Notes: generated by a model from the letters alone, not told the origin. Shown: positions 11,450-24,670, counted from the first letter of the whole stretch. The stretch is 63,897 nucleotides of DNA, filler included, from Trichomonas gallinae (GCA_008369845.1; 5 parts of 5 records of this genome joined end to end with filler, not necessarily neighbours in it); one strand, 5' to 3'. Numbers and translations: made by a program.

Positions 11450-13576
11450 TTAATCGGTATAAAGGAAATCTACTGAAGTAATCTTGTTGATATCGGCGAG
11501 AGCTACGAGGAGCGGCTCGTCGACGGTGCCGCTTGCATTCTCCACGCATTCTTTGATAAGAATTTCAATTTTAGCGTCTCTCTTAGACAATATAGCATCA
11601 ACATTCCTCTTATCTGTGACAGGAGATGACGGCAAAGCAACAGATTTCTTCTTCGATCCCATTCTTTTGACGAATTCGTGCTTTAATGTATCCATCTTCT
11701 GCTTGTTAGCTGATCTTTCTTTGAGAGGAAGCTTCATGATGATATTCTTGATATCTTTTTCTGGCCAATTCGCTGAAGATAATCTTGATGACATCAAAGT
11801 CTGGCAATATGAATAGACAGAGTTCAGCGATTGGACGTTGCTTCCATCGCATATAAGATCGACGAGTTTGCCGCCCTGTGCGACTTCTTCGACTTGAGAT
11901 AACAAAGTTTCTCCGCCATCAGGGTTTTCAAGATGGAGAACCTTGAGTGATGGAAGAGCCTTGATAATTGGAATGATGGAATGGGTATCTTGAGTTCCAT
12001 CTGGATTAATAATATCGAGCCTTTCGAGAGTGAGGCTCTTGAATGATTTCGCAAACTGGTTGATGATATTATCATCAAATTCAATCGTTGAGAATGAAAA
12101 TTCTCTGAGGTTAACCTGGTGAGTCAGCCAATCGCTGAATGCAGTCGCTTGAGCGAGATTCATCTTGTTTTTGGCGAAGGAGATTCTTCTGAGAGCTGTG
12201 TGGTAATTCTTGATCTTGTTGTAGAAGAGCTCCCAGCCGTTTTCGTCCATTTGAAGTTCATCGAGGCAAATAGATGAAAGCCTGGAGGCAATTGGCTTGC
12301 TGAGCGTAATGAAAAGTGAAAGTAATGATGAACCAGTGAACTGGCAGCAGGAGAAATCTATTGAACAAAGGTTATGAAGATTTGCGATGGATTCGATTTC
12401 AGCGGCCATGAGAATCTTGTTGCCTGCGAAGTTGAGCTCTTCGATTGTCGTCGGAGACTTAAATATTCCGCCGATCAACTGGTTGAGATTCAGCCCGCAA
12501 CTTGTAAATGCGATTGATTTGAGAGTCTTCGACTTTGACATGAATTTAGATCCGTATAATTTGAGGATCGAAGTATGTACGTAGCCAGAGAACTGCGAAA
12601 GCTTTGAAAAATGTATTCTGCATAAATTCTCAAGACTTGGATGAGACATGATGATTCTCATGATGTTGTCGAACGTCGAAATTGAGAAAGTGCATGATTC
12701 GAAGATTAATGAGATGAAATCGAAGCTATATTTCAAAATCTTTTCGAAGAATTGATTGAACGTTCCAGTGGAAGTATCACACTGGTAGAAGCTCAATTCT
12801 AACTGCTGTGGTGTTGTCCTGCGTGTAGTTGGAGATAATTGAATTTCGCCAACAAATGAAACATTTCTAAACACGACACTCTGTATCGACGTGCTTGTAT
12901 CAAGTATGTGATGCAGTATCGATGCAACAGAGCAAATCGATAGATCTGCAAACTCGACTTGTTGCAAATTCTGATGAAGTGCAAGCGCGTTGGCGAAAGC
13001 ATTTGCATAAGAAGAAGCGGCGAGCTCAGCACTGATAATAAAAGTCGACTGTGACCGGCAGAGCTGTTCTCGAATTTCAGCGATATTATCTGCCTGGTAT
13101 TTTTTAGCTGGAATCGTAAGCGCAAGTGACAAGAACCTGTCGCCAAGTATGGAGTCACTCTCGAAAACGAAGTTTGAGTCGTCAAAAATATGTTGGACTT
13201 TCGGCGAAATTTCAATTTTTACAGGTCTGGGCTTCTCTCCAAAAAGTCCGACCCTCAATAGATAGACAATTGCTGCAATTTCGGCGTGTTTCGGATGTTT
13301 TAATTTCATTGTTACGCCTCCACAATAAAATTGCATTGTTGTTTCATCGACAATAATCAAAACCAACTGCGAATGCGGGATTATTCTCGACACATAGTAC
13401 GATCTTGGAAATGTTCTCTGTTGGAGAAGAAAGATTCCAGAATTTGTAACAATAAGAACTCTTTCTTGCAATGAGCCGTGAGTGTTTACCTTTTGGACTA
13501 TCTCGTTTACATATATTTTAGTGGCTTGGACGTGAAAGGATGGATGAATATCTTTCAGCTGGTCAGTATTCTCCAT
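11450..13576 (-). CDS. CARMIL-like protein (N-terminal PH-like domain plus RNI-like leucine-rich repeats)
   Basis: 708-aa ORF; KVNTHGSLQERVLIVT N-terminus; degenerate LRRs (IEELNFAGN, LCSIDFSCC, LRRISFAKN). Confidence 0.7.
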   Translation of the reverse strand: MENTDQLKDIHPSFHVQATKIYVNEIVQKVNTHGSLQERVLIVTNSGIFLLQQRTFPRSYYVSRIIPHSQLVLIIVDETTMQFYCGGVTMKLKHPKHAEIAAIVYLLRVGLFGEKPRPVKIEISPKVQHIFDDSNFVFESDSILGDRFLSLALTIPAKKYQADNIAEIREQLCRSQSTFIISAELAASSYANAFANALALHQNLQQVEFADLSICSVASILHHILDTSTSIQSVVFRNVSFVGEIQLSPTTRRTTPQQLELSFYQCDTSTGTFNQFFEKILKYSFDFISLIFESCTFSISTFDNIMRIIMSHPSLENLCRIHFSKLSQFSGYVHTSILKLYGSKFMSKSKTLKSIAFTSCGLNLNQLIGGIFKSPTTIEELNFAGNKILMAAEIESIANLHNLCSIDFSCCQFTGSSLLSLFITLSKPIASRLSSICLDELQMDENGWELFYNKIKNYHTALRRISFAKNKMNLAQATAFSDWLTHQVNLREFSFSTIEFDDNIINQFAKSFKSLTLERLDIINPDGTQDTHSIIPIIKALPSLKVLHLENPDGGETLLSQVEEVAQGGKLVDLICDGSNVQSLNSVYSYCQTLMSSRLSSANWPEKDIKNIIMKLPLKERSANKQKMDTLKHEFVKRMGSKKKSVALPSSPVTDKRNVDAILSKRDAKIEILIKECVENASGTVDEPLLVALADINKITSVDFLYTD

Positions 13577-14096
13577 TCTTGAATTTTTTTTTTATGTAAA
13601 TTAAAAAAATTCGCGATTTTGCGTCATTTAAGTGATTATCTTTTTCTAGTTTAGTCGCTTGGGTTACCCTGGAGCGATTGATAAAGTCCACTTGACATAA
13701 AATTGATTTTACAATTTTACATTTTAATTTTTTTGTCAAAGATTCGCCATTTTTAAAGTATAAAAAGCTTTGACTATGTATTATAAAATATCGCGTTTGT
13801 TTGAGATTATATTGTACTTAAAAAGTAACTTAAGTAATTACTGAGTCAAGTTGTAATTCCTGCCCCCAATTTTTCACATCCTAACTCTTTGACTGTATTA
13901 TATCAGAAATAATGGTTATTGCATAGGTACTGTCATGGAAATAAAAAATAAATATTATATTGTTTCAGAAATATGTCTAACAGATTAATATTTCGATTTA
14001 TATTTGAGGTGTAAAAAGTTTTGTTTGGTTGAGGATATTAATATTTTTGTAATATTTTGTTTAATCTAATTATTATTCTAAAATAAAATGCTATGC

Positions 14097-14429
14097 TTAC
14101 TGATCAACAACCTTTGTTGTCTGGAGACCAGCGAATGAAGCAACATTCTTGTAGGAAGCGATTGTGATCATCTTCTCAGCATCTTCCTCATCAGCCTTGC
14201 GCTCGAAAACAACGCGGATGCGGGCTGGTGGGCAGTTCTTGCCGTGGATCCAGATACGAGAGTTAAGCTCTGGATCGATTTTGACAACATCTGTGTGCAT
14301 CATCTTCTGGCCGGCAGCTGTGATAACTTTGATAGCCTTTTCAGCACGGAATTTGCGGCGTGTATCATGGACGGCCTTCTGGAGGTGGATTGTTGTTTCA
14401 AGCTTGGCTGGAGCGAGTTCCTTTGGCAT
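14097..14429 (-). CDS. RPL31: 60S ribosomal protein L31 (eL31)
   Basis: TTIHLQK, RAEKAIKVI, VKIDPELNSRIWIHG and PPARIRV match eL31; strong codon bias; likely ATG at 14429 (MPKEL). Confidence 0.93.
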   Translation of the reverse strand: MPKELAPAKLETTIHLQKAVHDTRRKFRAEKAIKVITAAGQKMMHTDVVKIDPELNSRIWIHGKNCPPARIRVVFERKADEEDAEKMITIASYKNVASFAGLQTTKVVDQ

Positions 14430-14928
14430 AGGTCTAAAGAAAGAGCCAAACCCCTCGAATTGTGTTGAAAATAATCGTTTTGTAAAATATTTACATGTCA
14501 TAATTCTATCATATCTGACATGTAAAATTAATTCACTTCTTCTAAAACATTCCTAAAACTCGTTTTTCAATCAATTTCTACTATTACATCTTAATACTCT
14601 ATCAGAATAAAATATATAAATATAATCAAAACTAAACAATATCATAAAATAGAAATTCAGACTAATAAATTAAGTAAAAACTATGCACGTCTTATAATTT
14701 TTAGTAGATTTTCTAGCTTTCATCCCTTATGGCTATGTATTATCTAGAGATTTATTTAGATAGGATTCTACTGGAAGGCAAAAATGATGGTAATTGTATT
14801 TTATTATGAAATTTATAATATGCAGTAATGAAGCTTTTAAAATATTGATGATTTTGGGATGAAAATCTTGGAAACTAAAAAAATTACATGGCAAATTTCA
14901 AAAATGTGACATTGGCGGGAGCTTTCAA

Positions 14929-15396
14929 ATGGCTGCTGTGCTTGCATTGAGTGAACTTGGCATGAAACAGCCTTCTGAATATAAAGACAGCCAGGCCGGC
15001 ATCGACCAGGCACAAATGGAAATCCTCATGAGTCGTTCAACAACTATTTACGTTGGTAACCTCAATTTCAAGACAACAGAGTCAACCCTATATTCTGTAT
15101 TCTCACAGTTCGGCCCAGTCAAGAGAGTAATTATGGGCGTCAACAAATATACAAAAGTTCCTTGTGGTTTCTGTTTTGTCGTATTTTTCACGAGAGAAGC
15201 AGCATTAGCATCCATTAACAATTCTATTGTTATTAAAATCGATGGTAATCTTATTCGCCGTGATCTTGACCGTGGATACGAAAATGGCCGTGAATTAGGA
15301 CGTGGTAAATCGGGTGGTCAAGTCCGTGATGAACAAAAGTTCCATGGACAGTACCGCCAAAATCCAAAGAATCGTAGAAACAATGGTCGTCGTTAA
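14929..15396 (+). CDS. NCBP2: Nuclear cap-binding protein subunit 2 (CBP20)
   Basis: STTIYVGNL, KRVIMG, PCGFCFV and GRGKSGGQVRDE signatures. Confidence 0.95.
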   Translation: MAAVLALSELGMKQPSEYKDSQAGIDQAQMEILMSRSTTIYVGNLNFKTTESTLYSVFSQFGPVKRVIMGVNKYTKVPCGFCFVVFFTREAALASINNSIVIKIDGNLIRRDLDRGYENGRELGRGKSGGQVRDEQKFHGQYRQNPKNRRNNGRR

Positions 15397-15965
15397 TATT
15401 TTTAGAAAAATTTTATGTTAGAAAAGATATCTTGTTACAAGTAACTATCATATGATTAAAATTACTCTGCATATTATACTTGCTTTATACCTGTATAAAA
15501 ATCATTCTAATTGATAACTCTTTATAATATTTCAATTTGATAATAATTGTTTGCACAGTCTTTAGTAACTGGCTAAAAGGTATACTAGCAAATATAATAA
15601 TTAAAAATATGAGAATCAATTATTTTAGAAAATGAAAAATTGATGAATCAAATTCTAATATATATTATGTAACGAGTGCTTTAACCATTGATATATGAAA
15701 TAAGTATTAAAATATAGTATTCCAAATCTTATGGGATTAAAAATTAAATGAAATTTGAAAATGAAATAGCCATACAAATGATATATGTGTGAATTGATGG
15801 TTGTTCATTTTTGTATTCGATTGGTTAAACATTAACAAACATTTCTGAAGTTAGGTTTCGATGATAATTAATATAAAAAATCAAAAATAGAGTTTTTAAA
15901 ATAAAAATAATAGATGGAAACAAGTAATTAATATATATGAAAGATTATATGTAAACATCAATTCC

Positions 15966-16590
15966 TTAGCAACATCCTTTCTTACCGATGGATTGGCCTT
16001 TTTTAATTGAAACAGAACTATTAGTACTTTTAAGAGATTTTGCATTTTTCTCACGCATGGCAGTTGCCATTAGCTCAAATAAGTGATCTACATTGATTGC
16101 ATCTTTCGCACTTGCTTCCATGAAAGGAATATTAAGATCGCGAGCGAGCTGTTCACCTTCTTCGGTTGAAACCTCTCTTTCTTCCGTTCTATCGCATTTG
16201 TTTCCTATTAAAATTTTACATGCCTCTTCATGTGCATCTGAATTTTCAATTCCACTGATCCATGTATTAATAGCTTCGAATGAATTTCTGTTTGTAATAT
16301 CGTAAACTATAACAATTCCATTACTACCGTGAAAATATGAATTTGTAATTGCACGGAATCGCTCTTGACCAGCAGTATCCCAAATTTGGAGTTTAATTTT
16401 CGACCCCTCTTGTTCTATAGTACGTATTTTAAAATCGACGCCAATTGTTGAAATATAATCATCTATGAATATATCTTCTGTAAATCTAAGAATCAGGCAA
16501 CTCTTTCCGACACCAGATTCACCAACAATTAAAACTTCTGATGGTTAGAAAAAAAATTGAACTGAAAAGGAAATCATAATCATTTGACAT
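15966..16590 (-). CDS. RAB1: Rab1-like small GTPase, two exons (16590-16563 and 16537-15966), 199 aa
   Basis: Spliced product MSNDYDFLFKVLIVGESGVGKS...YISTIGVDFKIRT...WDTAGQERFR...GNKCD...EASAK...KKGCC*; absent from the ORF track because of the intron. Confidence 0.93.
16538..16562 (-). other. 25-nt spliceosomal intron
   Basis: GTTCAATTTTTTTTCTAACCATCAG: GT..AG ends and a TCTAAC branch motif; removal restores the FLFKVL reading frame (600-nt CDS). Confidence 0.92.
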
Positions 16591-17355
16591 TTGTCAATTT
16601 TTTCCAAAAATTTTCGAAAATTTTGAATTATCAATCAAATCAAAATAATATTATTTTCAATATGTTATACATGTAACCGGTCTATATATTGCGAAATTTT
16701 GATAGTATGTTAATTAATATTGAATCGAAAACCAAAATATATCATAATTGCAAGCAATTCCTTAAGTATCATTTTAAGATGTGTAAAATATGAAAAATGA
16801 TTCAGAGCAAATTATTCATTTTATTTATATTTCACAATGAAATAATATCATTTAGAAAAGCATATGAATAGAAGGTATGTACATTATGCATGGTCAAATT
16901 ATATCCACTGCTACTATATTAGCTGTGTTGTAAATAATATTTCAATGAAATTTGATTTTATTGATTTCAATTTATATTCAATAATAAAAGAAATTCCTAA
17001 AATGTTTGTACGTAGACCATATATTACATATTAACAGTAGTTCTCATAGGTATTAAATATTATCGAGTTCTAAGGTGATAAAATCTGACATGTAAATAAT
17101 ACAAATTTCTACCAAATATGACGATCTGTCATGTAAATTTACATCATAATACATATAATACATACAAACTCCTTGTTTAATAATTAGCGTTATATTTATT
17201 ATATTAACTCGGAATCTTAGAAATATAAAAATATCATTGTTATAGTGCCATATTTAATTTTGAGTTAGAATGCAACAACAATACGAATAAGCCAATTTAA
17301 AATATGACACGTAAATATTTATTTGGCAAAAATCAGTACGATATTTTTGTCAGAA

Positions 17356-18141
17356 ATGAATCGAACTTCTGAATTCTTTACATATTTATCGAATGCTGGT
17401 CCGCAAAACGTGTCAGCTCCTAGAAATCAGAAGCTTAAGTCTAAATTCTTCGAACTCGCTGATGAAATCAGTTCACAAATCGCACAAACATCTTCAATTT
17501 GCAATCGACTAAATACTTTGGTTTCAGGAGACAACATTTTGGGTGAAGATGACAAAGAAATATCGGAATTGATGATTACGCTTAAAGTTGATATAGAAAA
17601 TATTGAACAACAAATTAATACAGCAGAAAGGATGCAGAGAGAAGCTCCTCAAGCTGGTCTTGTAGCTCAGCAATTAAGAAAATCGCTATTAGAAATAAAT
17701 ACCCAATTTAGATCTGTTGTTGAAAAAAGAGCACAGATTACATCGCAAACTGCAGCCAAAAGAAGCAAATATGGCGGATATACATATGCACGTCAATCAT
17801 TTAATACTGTTTATAATAATGACGATGAAATTGAAATACCAATTAATCAATTACAGCAAGAAGAAAATAATTTAATTGAGAGATTAGGTTTAGTTAGAGA
17901 TGTTGAATCTTCTATTACATCAATTGCTCAGATGATGGCGAGATTATCAACAGTGATTGCAGATCAAGATACAACAATCATGAGAATTGATGAAAGTACT
18001 CTAGAGGCACTGAACAATATGAAAGCTGGTGAATCAGAGCTTACTAAGTATAGAGATAAAGTTATGAAAAATAAGTGGTTTATCCTTAAGATATTTGTTG
18101 TACTGTTTATCTTTGCTTTAATATTTATATTAATTGTATAA
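17356..18141 (+). CDS. Syntaxin (Qa-SNARE, syntaxin-5/Sed5-like)
   Basis: N-terminal NRTSEF peptide, SNARE motif VESSITSIAQMM...DQDTTIMRID, C-terminal TM. Confidence 0.85.
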   Translation: MNRTSEFFTYLSNAGPQNVSAPRNQKLKSKFFELADEISSQIAQTSSICNRLNTLVSGDNILGEDDKEISELMITLKVDIENIEQQINTAERMQREAPQAGLVAQQLRKSLLEINTQFRSVVEKRAQITSQTAAKRSKYGGYTYARQSFNTVYNNDDEIEIPINQLQQEENNLIERLGLVRDVESSITSIAQMMARLSTVIADQDTTIMRIDESTLEALNNMKAGESELTKYRDKVMKNKWFILKIFVVLFIFALIFILIV

Positions 18142-18479
18142 AATTGTTCATCTATCAATTAATTTTTGTTATTATAAGATATTTTAATGATTTCAAATTG
18201 GAATGAATCTATTGATCTGAGCGTTCCTTTATAGAATTTCCATTAGTATTTTATAAACTCTGTTTAATAAATGCTTTTTATTTTGATTCAAGAAATTATT
18301 CTATATTGTTAATATGTACGAATAAGTAATATAACTTAAACAGATGTAAATATACAAAATACATATTTAGAAAGACATAAATAACAATTTTATAATATCG
18401 ATAAATACAAACATGATAATATTGCGCTATTGAAAAATAAATTCGCATATAAAAACTGAGGTGTGCAGAATGATGGAAA

Positions 18480-18863
18480 TTAGAAGTAACTGGCAGGGAA
18501 AGGCCAAATTTGTCTCATTTCAATATCAATTTGTGCAATTGCATTATTTTCGCCGTGTACATCCGATTTTTCTACGATAAATTTCAAGTAAGCGCTTGCT
18601 TCCGCTGGTGTTTTGAATGTGAATATAATTTCTTGAGATATAGTAACAAAACTGATTGTGCATTTTGTATTATCACTTGACTTTAATTCACAGACACTCC
18701 TTCTAATCAAAAACGATGTTCTGGCAAAAATCGAATTCGGAGTATCGTAAATATATAAGACGTAACCTTTTTCACCGCTATTTTCGATCTTCAAGTAGAC
18801 GTTTTTAGGCTTTCCTTTATCCTGCATCACAGCATTTGCAGGTGGAGGAATTGAAGAAGTCAT
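18480..18863 (-). CDS. Small hypothetical protein (PH-like pattern)
   Basis: 127-aa ATG ORF; the recurrent upstream motif lies at 18881. Confidence 0.65.
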   Translation of the reverse strand: MTSSIPPPANAVMQDKGKPKNVYLKIENSGEKGYVLYIYDTPNSIFARTSFLIRRSVCELKSSDNTKCTISFVTISQEIIFTFKTPAEASAYLKFIVEKSDVHGENNAIAQIDIEMRQIWPFPASYF

Positions 18864-20572
18864 TTTTGATTAAGGTTAAGTTTACATGTCATTTTTTAAA
18901 TACGAAATAATGACTTTATGAAAGTCATCAGACATAAATTCACACTGCAATGTATTCATTCTCATCATAATGAAAGCAAACAGCGTGTCTTATCGAAGAT
19001 ATCCAGCAAATCAATTCAATATTTCAGATGAAATTTTGATTTAGTTCTTTTCTGCAATGATAAGAACTATAATTTTAGCAAAAACTGATATGTATACTAA
19101 TATTTGCTTTAATATTTAAAATATCATTGCTGCCACCAAAATGAAAATTGTATCTCGTGAAATAAAGAATTATATACAATTTTGATGATAGCTTTTTGTG
19201 CATTTCTAATATGTTTATAACAGAATGCATTTTAACATATCATTATCGTTTATTCTTTCGCTATTTCAATTGAAATAAATTATATAAGAGGTTCATTTTG
19301 ATACTATTTTAACATACATCGGATACATCAATATATAATCTATTCGAATTCTTTTGTATACACAGCTATATGTGATGATAATTTTTCAAAGAATAATATT
19401 TCCTCATTCTTATGCGTTATACAATGTATTTAAGAGAATAATCTACAATAAAATCGTATAACGATTGAGTAATCGCATTTACTACATATAAGCACTATTG
19501 ACCGTATATGTAATAAACTCTGTTGAGGAATTTGGAGCTAATGAGCATGTTACCATGATGGTATATTTGTCTGTTGATCAAATGTTTGTAAATAAAATGG
19601 ATTTTTATGCATTGTGCGTGAATCAAAATTTTGAATCGTTTTCTAAAATTCATTAATTTGTGTTTGGAAAGCGATTTCTATTATAAACCGCATTAACCCA
19701 ACATCATACAAAATTATTGGATCAAAATCTAGAATCAAATAAAATCTTTTGGATTTCACGTAATAAAATCAAATGATCACTGTAAAATGCGACAGTTTCT
19801 ATTGCTCATCTCATATCGATGATTATTCCATATAAAATTTCTTAAAACCCCTTCTTTCGAATATTGTTGTCACAAATCCAACATGATTTTAAAATCTTAT
19901 CCCATCCATACCACATAACACAATTGCTCTGTCAGGTATCTTTGGTTTTTTCGAAGATGATTTTTGCTCAAAATTTTGATTATATTCAAAATGATAGTTG
20001 TATTATTATAGCATATCATAATAGTATCCAAAAAATTATGTTTGATCATACTTGTTGTATAATTTTACACAGAGAATTTTGGCAGCTGCGGAATTTTTTA
20101 GAATATCAAAATATGGGTTATCTTTTGATATTATTTTTTGTTTAGAAATTGAACGTGCTTTTCAGAACCTATCAAAAATTTAGCAAATTGCAAAATCTTG
20201 CATATTTAATTTTATTTTTTGATATTTTTAATCATTATATTACGTACAGCAAAATCAATGGCAGAAATATAACGATGATAGTTTTAAAAAAATCATATAT
20301 TTCATTAGATATTAATATGTTAATAAATTTAATTCTTTCAAAAACTGTACATAATCAATTATTTCTGAATAAAATTTTTACTATGTATATATATAATATG
20401 ATGTTGATAATGATTTTACGATCTAAAAATTCATAATTCTATCAAATAATTTCTGATAACTCGCATAAATTTTTTTTCCAGAATCAAAATATTCTTTTCT
20501 GCCAATGAATGTTACGAATGTTCAAAATATTTTGGTTAAATTTTTGTGCGCATTGAATTTTTGGTATTTTCA

Positions 20573-21562
20573 ATGAACGCAACAACAGAGATTGTACAAG
20601 AAGACATTGAAGCCCATATCAAGGCACCTCATACCATAGGCAAGTACAGGATACACAAAATCATTGGAAAGGGCTCTTCTGCTATAGTTTGTTTGGCATC
20701 TGATATGAAAACAAAAGATTTATACGCGATAAAAATCATCAGTCGTGCTCACATAATAAAGAATAACTTAGTAAGCTTCGTGGAAAACGAATTACGTCTC
20801 AGTGCAAGGTTTGATCACCCAAATTTAATAAAAGTTTACGACATTATTTACGAGCCAGATACAATAATGATAGTTATGGAATATCTACCTAATGGGGATC
20901 TCCAAGGCCTCCTCTGCAAGCAATGTTTCACTCTAAACGAACAGATTAGGATATGCAAAGAACTACTCGAAGGATTAAGCTATCTTCATCATAGAGGCAT
21001 ATCTCACAGAGATATAAAGCCAGAAAATATATTATTTGATGCAGATTTTCATCCGAAAATTATTGATTTTGGATTTTCAAGAGAAAATTCCTCCAGACTC
21101 AGAACATACTGCGGCACAGCGCTTTATATTGCCCCAGAGGTCATGACAGACAAGCAATATGACGGAAAGAAAGCTGATATATGGAGTTTAGGCGTAACTT
21201 TGCATGTTCTCAATACAGGAAAGTTCCCGTGGACTGCTCGCAGCGATATTCAACTTCTCAGAGACTTCCAGCATCGTAGGGTTGAACTTAAAATCGAAGC
21301 TACAGGTTTTATGAGAAAATTAATTTATGAAATGTTAAATGTAAACCCTGAAGAAAGGCCGTCAGCGGATTGCTTATTGATGATGATCGAAGAGTTGGAT
21401 AAACAGAACAAAGAGTACAAAAAAGAATTACCACCAATCGAAGTCGTTCTTCCTAAGCTTGCGCACACAGGAAATATTAAACTAGGAGAGAATTGCAGGA
21501 ATCATAGACTCTTCCGATCGAATATATCTTGGAAATATAACATTCATAGACACTTGGATTAA
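20573..21562 (+). CDS. CAMK-group Ser/Thr protein kinase
   Basis: IGKGSSA, YAIKII, HRDIKPEN, DFG, TYCGTALYIAPE, DIWSLG. Confidence 0.95.
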   Translation: MNATTEIVQEDIEAHIKAPHTIGKYRIHKIIGKGSSAIVCLASDMKTKDLYAIKIISRAHIIKNNLVSFVENELRLSARFDHPNLIKVYDIIYEPDTIMIVMEYLPNGDLQGLLCKQCFTLNEQIRICKELLEGLSYLHHRGISHRDIKPENILFDADFHPKIIDFGFSRENSSRLRTYCGTALYIAPEVMTDKQYDGKKADIWSLGVTLHVLNTGKFPWTARSDIQLLRDFQHRRVELKIEATGFMRKLIYEMLNVNPEERPSADCLLMMIEELDKQNKEYKKELPPIEVVLPKLAHTGNIKLGENCRNHRLFRSNISWKYNIHRHLD

Positions 21563-22011
21563 TTATTATATTATTTTTTGTTTTTAATTAAATAGAGCGT
21601 TTTAGTATCAATTTTATACAATGTTTTCAGATTCACAAGCCCTAATGATCGATAATTTTTATGTACAATAAAACACAAAATAATATACATCTTCATATGA
21701 AATATGTCTTCTCAAAGATGGACTAAGACTATTTCTGGTAAAGAAGACTTTTGTTTTCGATTGAAAAACGTTTTTGATGTGATGATATGTATTGGAGATT
21801 TATTCTAATGAATCATAAAATGTAATGCTATAAAAATGACTATTCCAGGCTAATGCACATCAAATATGACTATATTTTTTGCATTTCAATCTTTATCGAT
21901 TTTTCAATAGGAATCTATAAAATTATGAAGGAATATAATATCAACTATGAAATATTCTTGACATTAATTTTTGAACTATCTATACAATATATATTTTAAT
22001 CATTCTGTAGC

Positions 22012-22098
22012 TTATTCGTAAATATGGAGTCCATCGAGGATGCAGAACCAAACAATGATGGCTGGAACGCAAAGAACAGTTGTCCAGAAAATCATTGT
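22012..22098 (-). CDS. 3' end of a membrane protein gene running into the gap (possibly auxin-efflux-carrier-like transporter)
   Basis: Open minus-strand frame TMIFWTTVLCVPAIIVWFCILDGLHIYE*, hydrophobic, with coding-like GC. Confidence 0.5.
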   Translation of the reverse strand, partial: TMIFWTTVLCVPAIIVWFCILDGLHIYE

Positions 22099-22198
22099 NN
22101 NNNNNNNNNNNNNNNNNNNNNNNNNNNNNNNNNNNNNNNNNNTTAATTAATTAANNNNNNNNNNNNNNNNNNNNNNNNNNNNNNNNNNNNNNNNNNNN
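22099..22198. other. Assembly gap with artificial TTAATTAATTAA linker
   Basis: 100-nt N-run with a central all-frame stop linker; the same structure occurs four times. Confidence 0.98.
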
Positions 22199-22638
22199 TT
22201 CTGTGCTCCAAAAAGACTTCAGTTCTAGGACCGTTATGATTTTAACGTCATTTCTATCGTCATTGGTACACCTCTATTATTTTATCTGTATTGTTATTGT
22301 TTTGTTATTACTATTCTTAGTTTTTGTTAATCATGGAAATAAAATTTCGAAATTTATCTTTAGCTTATTTGTATATTACAGATCATCAAATTAATACAAT
22401 TGAACTAATTTGATCAAATATTAAAAGACTAACTATCATGACAACCGTAGTTGATGTTTAAATATTTCAATTTACACCTTAAATCGCTATTTATCATATT
22501 ATTATAGCTTTTCTAAGGACAGAAGCTCATAAAATATTGATTGAAATTGATATAAATGATATAATGTAATGATTTAAAGACGAAAATTAAATAACCTTAT
22601 TTTCTTTGACACTTTTCGTGATGTGCTGAGAGATTTTC

Positions 22639-23109
22639 ATGAATGATTCTTCTGTTTTAGAGGAAGCAATTCTAATCATACTCAATCAAATGATTAAAAA
22701 GGAAGAAGAGATCAAGGATCTTGAAATTCAGCTAAAAATTCTCAAAGAAAAAAACTCACAACAAATTGAAAAATGCTTCAATGAAGGAACGAAATATTTG
22801 ACAGATGGTTTGCCTCTAGAAGTGTGTGCAATGTATAGTAAATGGCCAAATTGTATGCTCATCCTTGATATTTCGGTATTAAAAGATGAAATTGAAAAAC
22901 TGAAGCAAGAAATCGCTGAGATTGATTTTGATGATTCCGAATATGAAGAAATAACTAGTCTAAATAAGCTTATTGTCAGATTGCAGCAAGAAAAAGAAGA
23001 TGCTCTACAAATCAAAATTGATTATGAAAAAGAACTGGAAGATCTCAAAAAAGGATGTGAAGACGAGAAGATTAAACTCAGAAAGGAAATAGCCAATTAT
23101 TCAAATTAA
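22639..23109 (+). CDS. Hypothetical coiled-coil protein
   Basis: 156-aa E/K/L-rich ORF. Confidence 0.7.
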   Translation: MNDSSVLEEAILIILNQMIKKEEEIKDLEIQLKILKEKNSQQIEKCFNEGTKYLTDGLPLEVCAMYSKWPNCMLILDISVLKDEIEKLKQEIAEIDFDDSEYEEITSLNKLIVRLQQEKEDALQIKIDYEKELEDLKKGCEDEKIKLRKEIANYSN

Positions 23110-23150
23110 AAAAAAATGCAAATTAAACAAAAATAATTTTACTTTTTAAT

Positions 23151-24221
<1,071 letters not shown>

Positions 24222-24670
24222 TCAATAGCAACTGCTTTTAATAAGTGATAGTTATCGTTAATTTGTTGTTGATGGCCAAACAATTAAACACACAGCCAAA
24301 TATAAACATTCATTTTATATTCGATTATTTCTTGCATTCGATTAATTCTTGCATCTTGTCAGCACCAGCTTCAAGGCAATGAGTACCAAAAAGAATATTT
24401 CACAATTCTTACTTATTGTTACTATTGAGATTGATGTAAAGCCATTTCTCGGTTCGTTATTTCAAAGGTAACTATTGTTTCATATGTAAAAGATAATGAA
24501 CCTATTAAATTTACAAAATAACAAAAATGATAAAAATCTCAAAAAATAGCCATATTTAAAAATTTGTTTTCTCAACTATCGTCGTTTTTCTCCAGAAATC
24601 TGCCTTTCTCGCATGAAAGCCATAACTATATTGATAAATTTTGTTTCTTTGGTAATTCTCAATAACGTAT

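Noticed and set aside
13646..13667. Possible 22-nt intron (GTAACC...ACTAAACTAG) joining the upstream ATG to the CARMIL-like ORF
   Set aside because: Removing 22 or 28 nt does not put ATG 13698 in frame with ATG 13576
16093..16305. 70-aa + strand ORF
   Set aside because: Antisense shadow of Rab1 exon 2
19864..20436. Two ORFs of about 95 aa upstream of the CAMK gene
   Set aside because: Non-ATG starts, extreme AT content and I/F/N/K-biased composition typical of intergenic DNA
22143..22154. Palindromic TTAATTAATTAA, repeated four times in the window
   Set aside because: Always centred in 100-nt N-runs; it is an artificial scaffold linker, not biology
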